Shown here: positions 32,770-42,751 of the stretch, one piece after another
Layout of the letters: each line of letters begins with the position of its first letter
Position numbering within the stretch: position 1 is the stretch's first letter
Source of the DNA: Alphaproteobacteria bacterium
GTDB taxonomy: Bacteria > Pseudomonadota > Alphaproteobacteria > Bin95
Direction of reading: 5' to 3'
NCBI GenBank assembly: GCA_964291285.2
Contig: OZ219786.1
Span: forward strand, 736,001-800,000
Length of the DNA stretch: 64,000 bases
The notes under the pieces: model-generated
Told to the model about the DNA's origin: nothing
The model's database searches: none
What the model saw: the letters and a program-made list of their open reading frames with translations, nothing else
Translations under genes and position numbers: made by a program

Positions 32770-32810
32770 CCGGACACGACGATAGCGGCAGCATCGGGCC
32801 GGGTCGTGCA

Positions 32811-33955
32811 TCAAGCCTCCAGCACGGCGCTCATGGCCTGCCCGACGCGTTCCGCGGCGGCTTCGATGTCGCGGTCGGCGAGATGGGCATAGCGCAGCGT
32901 CATCCTCACATTGGAATGCCCGAGCAGGCGGGAGACCACCGGGACGGGCACGCCGTTCATGACGGCATGGCTCGCCATGGTATGCCGGAGATCATGAAGG
33001 CGGACATCCCCGATGCCGGCTTCGCGTCTGACGCGGTACCAGAGCGGCAGGTCCGGGCTGCGCGGGCGGGCGGGGTCGCACGGCGAGGGAAACACGAACG
33101 GGCTGCCCGCGCGCGGCTGCCGGTCGAGAATGGCCCGGGCCCGGCTGCCGAGCGGGACCGTCCTCGGCCTCGTCTTGGCATCGGTGAGCGCCAACCCGTC
33201 CTCGCGGACTTCCGACCAGCCGAGGCCCGTGATCTCGCTTCTGCGGCAGCCGTCAGCAGCAGGAGGCGGACGATGTCGGCCTGCTGCCGCGCGCTCTTCC
33301 GGGTCTGCGCGTCCAGGGCGGCATGGAGGCGTGCGAGTTCCTCCCGGGACAGGAACCGCGTGAGCGCCGTGCGACGGTTCGGGGCGATGCGCCCGACGGG
33401 ATTGACCTCGATGTGGCCGCAGGCGAGGGCGAAGTTGATGATCTGGTGAAGGAGGGCGAAAGCGCGGTTGGCGCCGCCCGGCGCGGTCCGGCTGTAACGG
33501 TCGAACCATTGCCGGACATGGCCCGGCGCAATGCGGTCGAGCGGCTTCGGGCCGAATGCCGGCAGGAGCTGGCCCGCAAGCTGATAGCGGGCGGTCCTCT
33601 GCGTCGAGGGCTTGCAGCGGTCGAAATGCGCCTCCTTCCACGGGCCCGCGACGAAATCCCGGAACAGCGGGACCGGCCCCGCGCGCACGGCCCTTGCGCC
33701 GGGCTCGGGGTTCGCCTTGCGGGCATGGCGTTCCCTGCGAACCTCCTCCAGGCTCTTCACGCCGACCGGGCCGAGCGAGACGCGCCTGGTGCGCCCGCCG
33801 CTGTCGAGCAGCAGCACCCAGCTGCGCCCGCCGGTGGGCCGCACCCGGACGCCAAGGCCGGCGATGCGCGTGTCCCGGACCGTATATTCCCGCCCGCGGG
33901 GGCGGAGACGGGCGACGGCGGCGTCGGTGAGTTTCATCCGTTCCCGGCCCGCCAT
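32811..33955 (-). pseudogene. Tyrosine recombinase/integrase with arm-binding domain; single-base deletion frameshift near 33250
   Basis: MKLTDAAVARL..DTRIAGLGVRV. LLLLT|GCRRSEI is split across frames; RLHDLRHT and LLGH..MTLRYAH follow. Confidence 0.85.
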
Positions 33956-33958
33956 CGC

Positions 33959-34650
33959 TCAATCCCCCACCAGCGCCGCGCCGACGGTCTCGGCGGCGTC
34001 CTGCACCATGGCGTCGGCGACATGGGTATATTTCAGCGTGGTTTCCGGCCTGCGGTGGCCCAGCAGCCGGCCGATGGCGAGCACCGTCTCGCCCTGCCTG
34101 AGGGCAAGGCTCGCATGCGTATGGCGCAGGTCGTGAAGGCGGGCGTCCTCCAGGTCCGCCTCGGCGCGGACCCGGTTCCAGAAGTGGAACAGCCAGCTTC
34201 CGCTCCGGGGCCGGTCGCCCCTCGATGCCGGGAATATCCACCGCCCCTTCCGCTCGAGACGATCAAGCACCGTCCGGGCCGGCTCCGACAGCCAGACTGT
34301 CCGGGGTTCCGTCTTGGAATCGCGCAGGAACAGGCGGCCTTCGCGGTAGTCGGACCATTGCAGGGTGAGGATCTCGCCCTTGCGGCAGCCGGTCAGCAGC
34401 AGCAGGCGGATGACGGCGACATGCTGCGGCCAGCGGGCCTCATGCGCCTTGAGCCTCCCGGACAGGCGGTGGATTTCCTCGTCCGGGAGGAACCGCTCAC
34501 GGCCCTTGCGGCGGTAGCGCCTGATCCCCCGGCAGGGGTTGGACCCTTCCGGGCGCAGGCCCATGGCCTCCGCCTCCCTCATGATGACGGACAGCACCGG
34601 CATGGAGCGGTCCGCCGCCACCGGCAGCGCGCAGGCTGGCGAACCAGTTC
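33959..34650 (-). pseudogene. Second tyrosine integrase, N-terminally truncated
   Basis: NPC, LLLLTGCRKGEI, RLHDLRHT, LLGHRRPETTLKYTH; no arm-binding domain upstream. Confidence 0.8.
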
Positions 34651-35223
34651 CTTACCTCCCGCGCGATCGCCGCCGGCCTGAGGCCGGCCTCGAAGGCGGC
34701 GAGGATCGGCTTTTCCTGCCCCTGCGTCACCGGCGCGGGCCTGGCGTGCACCCTTCCTCCAGCCGTCTTGCCGGCCTGCCGCCCGCGCCTGCGGGCCTCG
34801 GCTGTCGCCGCTTCGACCGGCCGGTCGAGGTCCGCGTCGTCGAGATGGCGGAGCGAGCGGTCGAGGTCGGCGGGCAGGGCGAATGCGCCCGACCGGCTCC
34901 CGCCGCGCTTTCCCGTCTCGCCACCCGGGCGCGCCGTCCTTCCTGCGCGTTGCCCCACCTCCGCGGTTTTTCCTGTCGCCAGTGAGCGCGTCGCGTGTGC
35001 GCTGGTCGATTGCAGCCCGAACGTGCCGGTGTGGCCATGGCCGGGGCGCTTTCCAGCTACCCGTCACCCGTGCCGCCGGCCTGCCGCCCGACGCCGGGAA
35101 CACCGCCTCCCCCGCTCCGCGCCGGCAGGAGGGAAGGTCTGGCCGTGAGCGGGGCGGCGGTCGGCGCTTCGGAGGGCGGGGCGCTGCCGCCGGGTTTCAC
35201 CACGGCACGATGGAGACGGCAGC

Positions 35224-35556
35224 ATGACGGCAGCAAGGATGGCGATGCCCGGCAATACGGCGAGCACGTTTCTGGTCCACTATTTCGGCGGCGGCCTCGA
35301 CGGCGACGACCGCTTCGTGGTCGAGCGGTTCCGCGCCCTGGCCTGCGGCGACATTCGTCCGGTCCGGGACGGCGAGGAGAACGCGAAGGGGCGGCGCAAG
35401 GTCGGGCGCACCGTGGTCTCGCGCAAGGAAGCCGAGGCGATGCGCCCGGAGCGCACCGAGATCATCATCTGCACCGGCCTTCGCACCCGTGGCGGGAAAC
35501 AGGCCTGGGGTTCGGTTGCGGCGGGCCTCCTGTGCGACCGCAAGCAGCGCGGCTGA
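35224..35556 (+). CDS. Hypothetical protein
   Basis: 110-aa ORF with GC-rich third positions and GGAG upstream; no recognised family. Confidence 0.4.
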   Translation: MTAARMAMPGNTASTFLVHYFGGGLDGDDRFVVERFRALACGDIRPVRDGEENAKGRRKVGRTVVSRKEAEAMRPERTEIIICTGLRTRGGKQAWGSVAAGLLCDRKQRG

Positions 35557-35643
35557 GCGCTTTCCCGAAGGACGTCCCGCCGGCCCGGCCGGGTCGGCCG
35601 GGCGTCCCTCTTCCGTTTTCCCCACGGCAAGGAGAACGCTCCC

Positions 35644-36621
35644 ATGTGCGAGCAGCAGGACATCGGGGCCCGGCGCGCGCGCGACAAGTGTATCGGGTGC
35701 GGCAAGCGCGAACCCGCGCCCGCACGGACCCTGTGCGCGTCCTGCGGCAAGAAGCGGAACCGGGCGAGCCGGGCCAGGGACGCAAGGCTGCGCACCGCCG
35801 GCCTCCCCCGGAGAGACCCCGACAAGGCCCGCGCCCAAGAGCGCGACCGGTCCCGCCGCGAGGCTGAAATGCGCCGCGACGCCGGGCTCTGCATCCGGTG
35901 CGGCAATGCGCCGGCCGTGGAGGGCCGCGCGTCGTGCGAGCCGTGCCTGGAGAAACGCCGCGCCGACGACCGCGCCCGCTACGCCGCCTGCAAGGCTGCC
36001 GGGCTGCCCTATGGCGGCGCCAATGCGGAGGCAAAACGCAAGGCCGCCCGCCTCAAGAGCAGGCGCCGCCAGAAGGCAAGGGCCGAGGCCGGCCTCTGCA
36101 TCCGCTGCGGCAGGCAGCCCCCCGTCAAGGGTGGAACCACCTGCCAGCCCTGCCGGGACAAGAGGCAGGCGGCGGAACGGCGGCAATATGACGAACGCAG
36201 GACCGGGGGCCGTTGCACACGCTGCGGGCAGCCGGCCTTCGACGGCCTCTCGCGCTGTGGCCCCTGCGCCGCCATCGAAAAGGCCAGCCGGAAACCGGAG
36301 CGCAAGAACGCACGCTCCCGGCAGTTGTACGCCCGACGCCGGGCCGCCGGCCTGTGCACGGCCTGCGGGGCGCCGTCACAGGGGGCGGCGCGCTGTGCGA
36401 ACTGTGCCGAGAGGTCGTATCAAGGGTCGGCGCATTTCAGGGGCATCCCGGTCCACGAGCCGGTCTGGACCGTGATCGAACTGGAGACCGGCCGCGAGCA
36501 CGGCCCGTTCGACGATCCGGCCGATGTCGCCCTCTGCCTCGCCTTCGGGAAGCTCGACCGCAACCGCGTCGAGATCGTCGCCGACGCCCCCGTCACCGCC
36601 TCCTTCACCGCCTGGACCTGA
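35644..36621 (+). CDS. Basic protein with five tandem CxxC...CxxC (C4 zinc-ribbon-like) repeats
   Basis: AAGGAG RBS; CIGC/CASC, CIRC/CEPC, CIRC/CQPC, CTRC/CGPC, CTAC/CANC, separated by Arg-rich helices. Confidence 0.75.
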   Translation: MCEQQDIGARRARDKCIGCGKREPAPARTLCASCGKKRNRASRARDARLRTAGLPRRDPDKARAQERDRSRREAEMRRDAGLCIRCGNAPAVEGRASCEPCLEKRRADDRARYAACKAAGLPYGGANAEAKRKAARLKSRRRQKARAEAGLCIRCGRQPPVKGGTTCQPCRDKRQAAERRQYDERRTGGRCTRCGQPAFDGLSRCGPCAAIEKASRKPERKNARSRQLYARRRAAGLCTACGAPSQGAARCANCAERSYQGSAHFRGIPVHEPVWTVIELETGREHGPFDDPADVALCLAFGKLDRNRVEIVADAPVTASFTAWT

Positions 36622-36701
36622 CATGCTGTCCCGGGCGGCGATGGCGGCGCTCGCCTGGCCGCGATCCGCCGCGCCGTCCCTGTGTCGTGGAGAGGAGTGA
36701 A

Positions 36702-38397
36702 CCTAAATCCGGCATTTGAGGATGGCGTGGCCTTGCCGAATCCCTTGTAGTCTGCGGATATGAGCGGCTTTTCAGGGGCCGAAGAGGCTCACCCTGTGGG
36801 TGATTATCCTGGCGCTGTGCGGGATGTCGCCCGAGCGTCGGTGAAGGTGGACACCTTCGGCGGCGCGGTTCATGTGGAATGGGACCCTGATGCGGCGGTA
36901 ACGCCGCTGGGCCATCTGGCGTTTTTCGCGGAATAGCTGAAGGTGAGCGGTCGCTTTGACGCTTTGGTTGCGGACTGCCCGCTGCGGTACACGAGCCCGA
37001 ACGCGCCGTCGAAGCGGGATGTCCTGGGGACGGTTCTTCTGTCGGTTCTGGCGGGGCAATCGCGGTATGCGCACATCACGTCGCTGCGCGGCGACGGGGT
37101 GAACCCTGCGCTGCTGGGTATGGACAAGGTTGCGAGCGAGGATTCGGTGCGGCGCGGTCTGGAGCGGATCGGTGCGGAGGCCGGCACATCGTGGCTTCAG
37201 GGCCATCTGGACGAGGTGGTCCGTCCGCTGCTGAGGGAGCCGTGGGTTCTGGACTGCGACACGACGATCAAGGCGCTTTACGGTCGTCAGGAGGGAGCGG
37301 TTGTGAGCTACAACCCGAAGAAGCCGGGCCGCCCCTCGCATGCCTGCCATGCGTTCCTGATGGCGGGCACGCGGCTTGTTCTTGATGTCGAGGTGGCGCC
37401 GGGCAACCATCACCATTCGAGGCGCGCGGCGCCGTCCTTGTGGGCGTTGCTCGACCGTCTTGGGCGGGATCGCTGGCCGCGTCTGGTGCGGGGCGACAAG
37501 GACTGGGGCAGCGAGGCCAACATGGCGTCGTGCGAGGCTGCGGGTCCGGACTATCTGTTCAAGCTGCGCCTGACGAAGGGGGCGCGCCGGCTTGCCGGGC
37601 GGCTGATGGCGCGGGACGGCTGGGAGGATGCGGGCCAGGGCTGGTCGGGGATCGGGGCCGATCTGCGTCTGCAGGGCTGGAGCCGGACGCGCCGGGTTGT
37701 GGTGCTGCGCCGGCGGCTTCCTGCGACGCTGGCGCTGACGCGTGGCGACAAGGCCCGGGGCGAGCTGTTCCGGACCGGGGCGCAGCCCGGCACCGGGGTG
37801 TGGGAGTTCGCGGTGCTGGCGACCTCGCTGGACCTGGAGATACGCTCGCTGGCCCGGCTCTACCGCGACCGGGCGGACGCGGAGAACGGCTTCGACGAGT
37901 TGAAGAACCAGTGGGGCTGGGGCGGCTTCACCACGCGCGACCTGACGCGCTGCCGGCACATGGCCCGGCTGGTCGCGCTCATCTGCAACTGGTGGAGCCT
38001 GTTCGTGCGCCTCGCCGACCCCGACCATCACCGCGAGGCGATCACCAGCCGGCCGCTGCTCCTGCACGGGGTTGCCCGCCAGACCCACCACGCCGGCCAG
38101 ACCCGGCTGACGGTGACCTCCCATCACGGGCGTCGCAAGACGGTGATGGCGGCGCTGCGCCGGATCGCCGGCTTCTTCCGGTCGCTGACGCAAACTGCGG
38201 AGCAGTTGAGCGCCGGGGATCGCTGGCGCCGCATCCTCGCCGAGGCGCTCAGGAAATACCTCCATGGCCGCGAACCGGGGCGTCAACCCTGGCTGCCGCC
38301 ACCCAGGGCCGCGACCGCGTGCTGAAATCCACGCCCAAATCCGGCCGTTCACACTACCCCGAGACAGCGATCAAGCCCGTCAAATGCCGGATTTAGG
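36702..38397 (+). mobile_element. IS1380-family element, copy 2 (1696 bp)
   Basis: Same IRs as copy 1; preceded by GTGAA and followed by TTTAC. Confidence 0.88.
36760..38325 (+). pseudogene. IS1380-family transposase with TAG at codon 59 (36934-36936)
   Basis: Same nonsense codon as copy 1. Confidence 0.85.
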
Positions 38398-38576
38398 TTT
38401 ACGGGCTTTCCTTCCGCGCCGGCCCGGCGCTCGGCGCGCTCACCATGGGCGCGCTCGCCGACCGCATCGGGCTGATCCTGCCGGTGCTCGGCGGCGCCTG
38501 CCTCTGCCTGCTCGCCATCCTCCTGCTGCTCCGCCGCCTGCGCGCCGTCCGCACGGCGCTGGAGCCGGGGCGGTAG
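38398..38576 (+). pseudogene. MFS transporter, C-terminal part
   Basis: (VY)GLSFRAGPALGALTMGALADRIGLILPVLGGACLCLLAILLLLRRL...* supplies the last two TM helices. Confidence 0.85.
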
Positions 38577-38640
38577 GCACTTGCCGAAGGCGCCGCCGGG
38601 AGCGATAATTCAATGTCGGCGGTAAGTCGGGAGACGGCCC

Positions 38641-38865
38641 ATGGGGTTCGCAATTGCCATCGTCGCGATAGCCGTCCTGCTGTTCGTCCTCGCGTCCCGC
38701 GATTACCGGAAAATGGAAAGAGGCGACGCCGTGCTGGCGTCCGCCGGCCTTGTCGCCGCCCACGACCATCTGAGCCACGGCGCCGCTTCGGAGTCGTTTT
38801 TCGCGGGCGCGACCTCCCATTCGGCCATCGACCACCATCACTGGGGCGACTCCGGCACCTATTAG
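38641..38865 (+). CDS. Small hypothetical membrane-anchored protein with His-rich tail
   Basis: GGGAG RBS and an N-terminal hydrophobic helix. Confidence 0.45.
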   Translation: MGFAIAIVAIAVLLFVLASRDYRKMERGDAVLASAGLVAAHDHLSHGAASESFFAGATSHSAIDHHHWGDSGTY

Positions 38866-39091
38866 GTCCGGGTCTCAACGACTCTTCAACGTAAGGTGAG
38901 AAGCGGTTCGAGCCCGATCCGTCGGCTTGAATCAGTCTCCCGGCAGAACCTCAACCACCACCCCGGACGGAGCGGAGCGCAGGTCTTGGCCGCCATCGTC
39001 CTGCCCGCCGCCTCCTGCGGACCGTCCACGTCCGCCTTGGTTAATGTTTATATTTTCATATAATAATTATTAGAAAAGGAGGCCTGATCGC

Positions 39092-40303
39092 ATGCATTGC
39101 ATAACCCGTTCGTTTGTCATGCCTATCGCACTGCTCCTGGCTCATCAGATTGTCGGTATCGGCGCAGCCGGCGCGGACGAAAAACGGGTCGAACGCAACT
39201 TTACGGCAGCAGGCGCGCCGGGTCCGAAAGCGCCCGCCGTTCCGGCCGCCGCGCTCCGGACCGCCAAGGGAAAGCTGGCAGTGCGGATCGGCTCAAGCGA
39301 CTACGAACTGGAGACCCTGACCGTCACGCCGCCCGGCGACGGGCCGTTTCCCCTGGCCGTCGTCTCCCACGGAACGCCGACGAGGGGAGGGAAATCGGCG
39401 CGGAAGAAAGTTCGCATCCGCGCGATGCTGGCGGTAGCGGAGGACTTTGCCCGCCGGGGCTACAAGGCTGTGATCTTCGCGCGTCGGGGCTATGCCTCGT
39501 CCTCGGGCGCATTCAAGGAGGGGTACGGCAGGTGCGAGGACGCGAACAAGAGGTCCTATGTTCGTGTGGCGCGCGCCGGCGCGCAGGACTTTGCCGCGGT
39601 CATCGAAGCGCTCTCCGCCCGGCCGGACATCGATGGATCGGCCGTGATCGCCGCCGGCCAGTCCGGCGGAGGCTTTGCGGCGAGCGCGCTGGCTGCGAAA
39701 CCGCCGCAGGGCCTCCTTGGAATCATCAATTTCGCGGGCGGACGCGGCGGACAGAAGAAGGGCGGAAATTGCAGCAAACACGGCTTCGTGCATGCCTTCG
39801 GTGCGTTCGGCGAGGGAGCCCGGGTGCCGGCGCTCTGGCTGTATTCGTCGGCCGACAAGCTGTTCTGGCCTGAACTGGTGGACCGGGCTTTCGACGCCTA
39901 TGCGGGCAACGGAGCGCCGGTCCGTCTCGAACGGGTCGGCGCCATGTGGTTCAGCCGCAGCGGACATAACCTTTTCGAACTCGGCGGGCGCGAATTGTGG
40001 CGTCCGCGGATCGATGCCTTCCTGGACGCGATCGGGGCGCCGAATTGGGAAACGGCGCCGGACGACGCGGCCGTCGCCAGGCCGCCGCCCCCTTCCGGAC
40101 TCGGCAGAAGTGGCAAGGGAAACTGGAAACGCTACCTCGGTTCCGTCGGACACAAGGCATTCGCCCGCGGAGACGGCACCCGGTTCGGGTATGCCACGCG
40201 GCGGGATACTCCCGAAGAAGCCATGAAGGACGCAACCCGGTTCTGCGAGAAAAAGGGCGACAAATGCCGCGTCGTCTCGGTCGATGGAGCGGAGGCGCGC
40301 TAG
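39092..40303 (+). CDS. Exported alpha/beta hydrolase (dienelactone hydrolase-like) with small Cys-containing C-terminal domain
   Basis: GPFPLAVVSHG, GQSGGG nucleophile elbow, INFAGGRGG, GH; AAAAGGAGG RBS. Confidence 0.8.
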   Translation: MHCITRSFVMPIALLLAHQIVGIGAAGADEKRVERNFTAAGAPGPKAPAVPAAALRTAKGKLAVRIGSSDYELETLTVTPPGDGPFPLAVVSHGTPTRGGKSARKKVRIRAMLAVAEDFARRGYKAVIFARRGYASSSGAFKEGYGRCEDANKRSYVRVARAGAQDFAAVIEALSARPDIDGSAVIAAGQSGGGFAASALAAKPPQGLLGIINFAGGRGGQKKGGNCSKHGFVHAFGAFGEGARVPALWLYSSADKLFWPELVDRAFDAYAGNGAPVRLERVGAMWFSRSGHNLFELGGRELWRPRIDAFLDAIGAPNWETAPDDAAVARPPPPSGLGRSGKGNWKRYLGSVGHKAFARGDGTRFGYATRRDTPEEAMKDATRFCEKKGDKCRVVSVDGAEAR

Positions 40304-40426
40304 ACACTGCGGGCGCAAGCGGGGGGACAGGCTTCAACGACTCTCCATGTGAGGACAGCCGGGCCTTGCCGGGGGCGGGGCGATGGCGCACCATCGGCTG
40401 CGTTCCCGACGCGGATATGCCCTCCC

Positions 40427-41626
40427 ATGGACCTCGACTACCGGCCCGACGCCCCCCGCGCGCTTGAAGGCGTGCGCGTTCTCGATATCTCCCGGCTCGT
40501 GGCCGGCAACGCGATCTCCCACGTGCTGGCCGACCACGGCGCGGAGGTCGTCAAGGTCGAGGACCCGGCCGAGGGCGACGCGCTGCGCCACTGGACCGCC
40601 GCCGGGGTCGCCTGCAGCTGGAAGGTGTATGCGCGCAACAAGAAGAGCATCTCGCTGAACCTGCGCAGCGAGAGGGGCCGCGAAGTCCTGCTGGAACTCC
40701 TGCCGACGGCGCAGGTGCTGGTCGAGAACTTCAAGGCGGGCGCGCTGGAGCGGATGGGGCTCGGGCCCGACGTGCTGCTCGCCCGCAACCCGAAGCTGGT
40801 CGTCGCGCGGGTCAGCGGCTACGGCCAGACCGGCCCCTACGCCCACAAGCCGGGCTTCGGCACGCTGGTCGAGGCGATGTCCGGCTTCGCCTACAAGAAC
40901 GGCTTCCCCGACAAGCCGCCGGCCCTGCCGCCGCTCGCGCTCGCCGACAATGTGGCCGGGCTCTACGGCGCGTTCGGCGTGATGGTGGCGCTCCGGGAAG
41001 TCGAGCTGAAGGGCGGCGAAGGCCAGGTGATCGACCTGTCCCTGCTTGAGCCGCTGGTGTCGATCCTGGGCCCGGACGCCGCGATCCACAGCGCGACCGG
41101 CGAGGCGCCGGCCCGCCTCGGCAACGCCTCCAACACCACCTCGCCGCGCAACGCCTACCGGACCAGGGACGGCGAGTGGATCGCCATGAGCGGCTCCATG
41201 CAGTCGATGGCGATGCGCATCTTCCGCACCATCGGCCGCGCCGACATGTGCGACGATGAGCGCTACAACACCCAGGCCGCGCGTTCGGAAAACCGCGAGG
41301 AGGTGGATGCCATCGTCGGCGGCTTCATCGCCGAGCGCACGCTGGCCGAAGCGATGGAGGTGTTCGAGCGCGAGGGCGTGACGGCAGGGCCGATCTATTC
41401 CGCCGCGCAACTCAGGGAAGACCGCCACGCGAAGGAGCGCGGCGTGATCGTCAACCTGCCGGACGGCGAGCTCGGCAGCCTGCCGATGCACAATGTCATT
41501 CCGCGCCTTTCGGGCACGCCGGGCGCCATCCGCACGCCCGCGCCCGAAATCGGCGCGCATAACGAGGAAATCCTGGGCGCTCTCGGCCTGGACCTCGACC
41601 GGCTCAAGGAGGAGGGGACGATATGA
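40427..41626 (+). CDS. Family III CoA-transferase (CaiB/BaiF)
   Basis: LEGVRVLDIS, LADHGAEVVKVE, RNKKSISLNL, VENFKAG, SGYGQTGP. Confidence 0.93.
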   Translation: MDLDYRPDAPRALEGVRVLDISRLVAGNAISHVLADHGAEVVKVEDPAEGDALRHWTAAGVACSWKVYARNKKSISLNLRSERGREVLLELLPTAQVLVENFKAGALERMGLGPDVLLARNPKLVVARVSGYGQTGPYAHKPGFGTLVEAMSGFAYKNGFPDKPPALPPLALADNVAGLYGAFGVMVALREVELKGGEGQVIDLSLLEPLVSILGPDAAIHSATGEAPARLGNASNTTSPRNAYRTRDGEWIAMSGSMQSMAMRIFRTIGRADMCDDERYNTQAARSENREEVDAIVGGFIAERTLAEAMEVFEREGVTAGPIYSAAQLREDRHAKERGVIVNLPDGELGSLPMHNVIPRLSGTPGAIRTPAPEIGAHNEEILGALGLDLDRLKEEGTI

Positions 41627-42507
41627 GCCTGCCCGTCTGGCGTTCGCTGCTGTTCATCCCGGCGACGGCGCAGAAATTCATCGAGAAGGGCCCGGGCGTC
41701 GGCGCCGACGGGCTGATCCTCGACCTCGAGGACTCGGTCGCGGCCAACGCCAAGGAGGCCGCCCGCGCCGCCGCGCCGGACATCGTGCGCGGCTTCGCCT
41801 CGCAGGGCATCGACACGCTGGTGCGCATCAACCGGCCCTGGCGGCTGGCGGTGCGGGACCTGGAGGCCATCGTCATCCCGGAACTGACCGGCCTGCTCTG
41901 CCCGATGGTGGACAGCGCCGAGCATGTGGTCGCGCTCAGCCAGACGGTCGCCGAGCTTGAGGCCGAGCGCGGCATCCCGGCGGGGCAGGTCCGGCTCTGC
42001 ATCGCCGTCGAGACGGCGAAGGGCTATCTCAACCTGCGCGGGATCGCCCATGCCGACCCGCGCAGCGTCTCGCTGTCGCTCGGCTCGGAGGATTTCGGCC
42101 TCTCCATGGGCATGACCGCCGACGAAGAAACGCTCTACGGCCTGAAGCAGCAGGTGGTCGCCTGCGCGCGGGAGGCCGGCATCCTGCCGATGGGCTTCGT
42201 CGGCTCCATCGCCGAGTTCCGCGACATCGAGGGCTTCCGGCGCATCGTCCGCCGGTCGAAGAAGATGGGTCTCTGCGGCGCGTCCTGCATCCACCCGAAC
42301 CAGGTGCGGGTCTGCAACGAGGAGTTCGGCCCGACCGAAGCGGAGGTCGATGAGGCCCGGCGCGTGGTCGAGGCCTATGACGAGGCGCTGGCGCGCGGCG
42401 AGGGCGCGATCACCGTGGACGGCAAGATGGTGGACGTGCCGGTCGCCGAACGCGCCAGGGCCGTGCTCCGCATCGCCGACGCCATCGCCGCCCGCCAGGC
42501 CCGCTGA
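41623..42507 (+). CDS. CitE/HpcH-family CoA-ester lyase
   Basis: RSLLFIPA, LILDLEDSV, VRIN, GSEDF, CIHPNQV, DGKMVDVPV; ATGA overlap with the CoA-transferase. Confidence 0.92.
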   Translation: MSLPVWRSLLFIPATAQKFIEKGPGVGADGLILDLEDSVAANAKEAARAAAPDIVRGFASQGIDTLVRINRPWRLAVRDLEAIVIPELTGLLCPMVDSAEHVVALSQTVAELEAERGIPAGQVRLCIAVETAKGYLNLRGIAHADPRSVSLSLGSEDFGLSMGMTADEETLYGLKQQVVACAREAGILPMGFVGSIAEFRDIEGFRRIVRRSKKMGLCGASCIHPNQVRVCNEEFGPTEAEVDEARRVVEAYDEALARGEGAITVDGKMVDVPVAERARAVLRIADAIAARQAR

Positions 42508-42578
42508 CGGCTCAGACCAGCGGTTGTCGATAGGAACCCATGACGGATTCGACGCCCGCCGCCCCGCTCGCCCCTCTT

Positions 42579-42707
42579 CGTCACCCCGGACTTGATCCGG
42601 GGTCCATCTCCCGCTCTCTCGGCAGCCTCGACGGTTGGCCGGCTCTCCACCGGCCGCGGCAGGCGCAGACAGTCAGGGATGGACCCCGGATCAAGTCCGG
42701 GGTGACG
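42579..42707. repeat. REP-like doublet: perfect 30-bp inverted repeat
   Basis: cgtcaccccggacttgatccggggtccatc (42579-42608) and its reverse complement (42678-42707); each arm has an internal palindrome. Confidence 0.85.
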
Positions 42708-42751
42708 GTTGTGGGTCCTGCGGTGCAATGCCGGCGCCACAGACGTGTGAA

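Larger units (their letters stand above)
21934..38397. mobile_element. 16.5-kb island bounded by two directly repeated IS1380-family copies
   Basis: TTTAC is duplicated at 21929-21933 and 38398-38402. The MFS frame is continuous if the island and one TTTAC copy are removed. Confidence 0.88.

Noticed and set aside
38880-38930. tRNA or tRNA-Sec suggested by GGTTCGAGCCC
   Set aside because: No acceptor, D or anticodon stems could be built around the T-loop-like motif.
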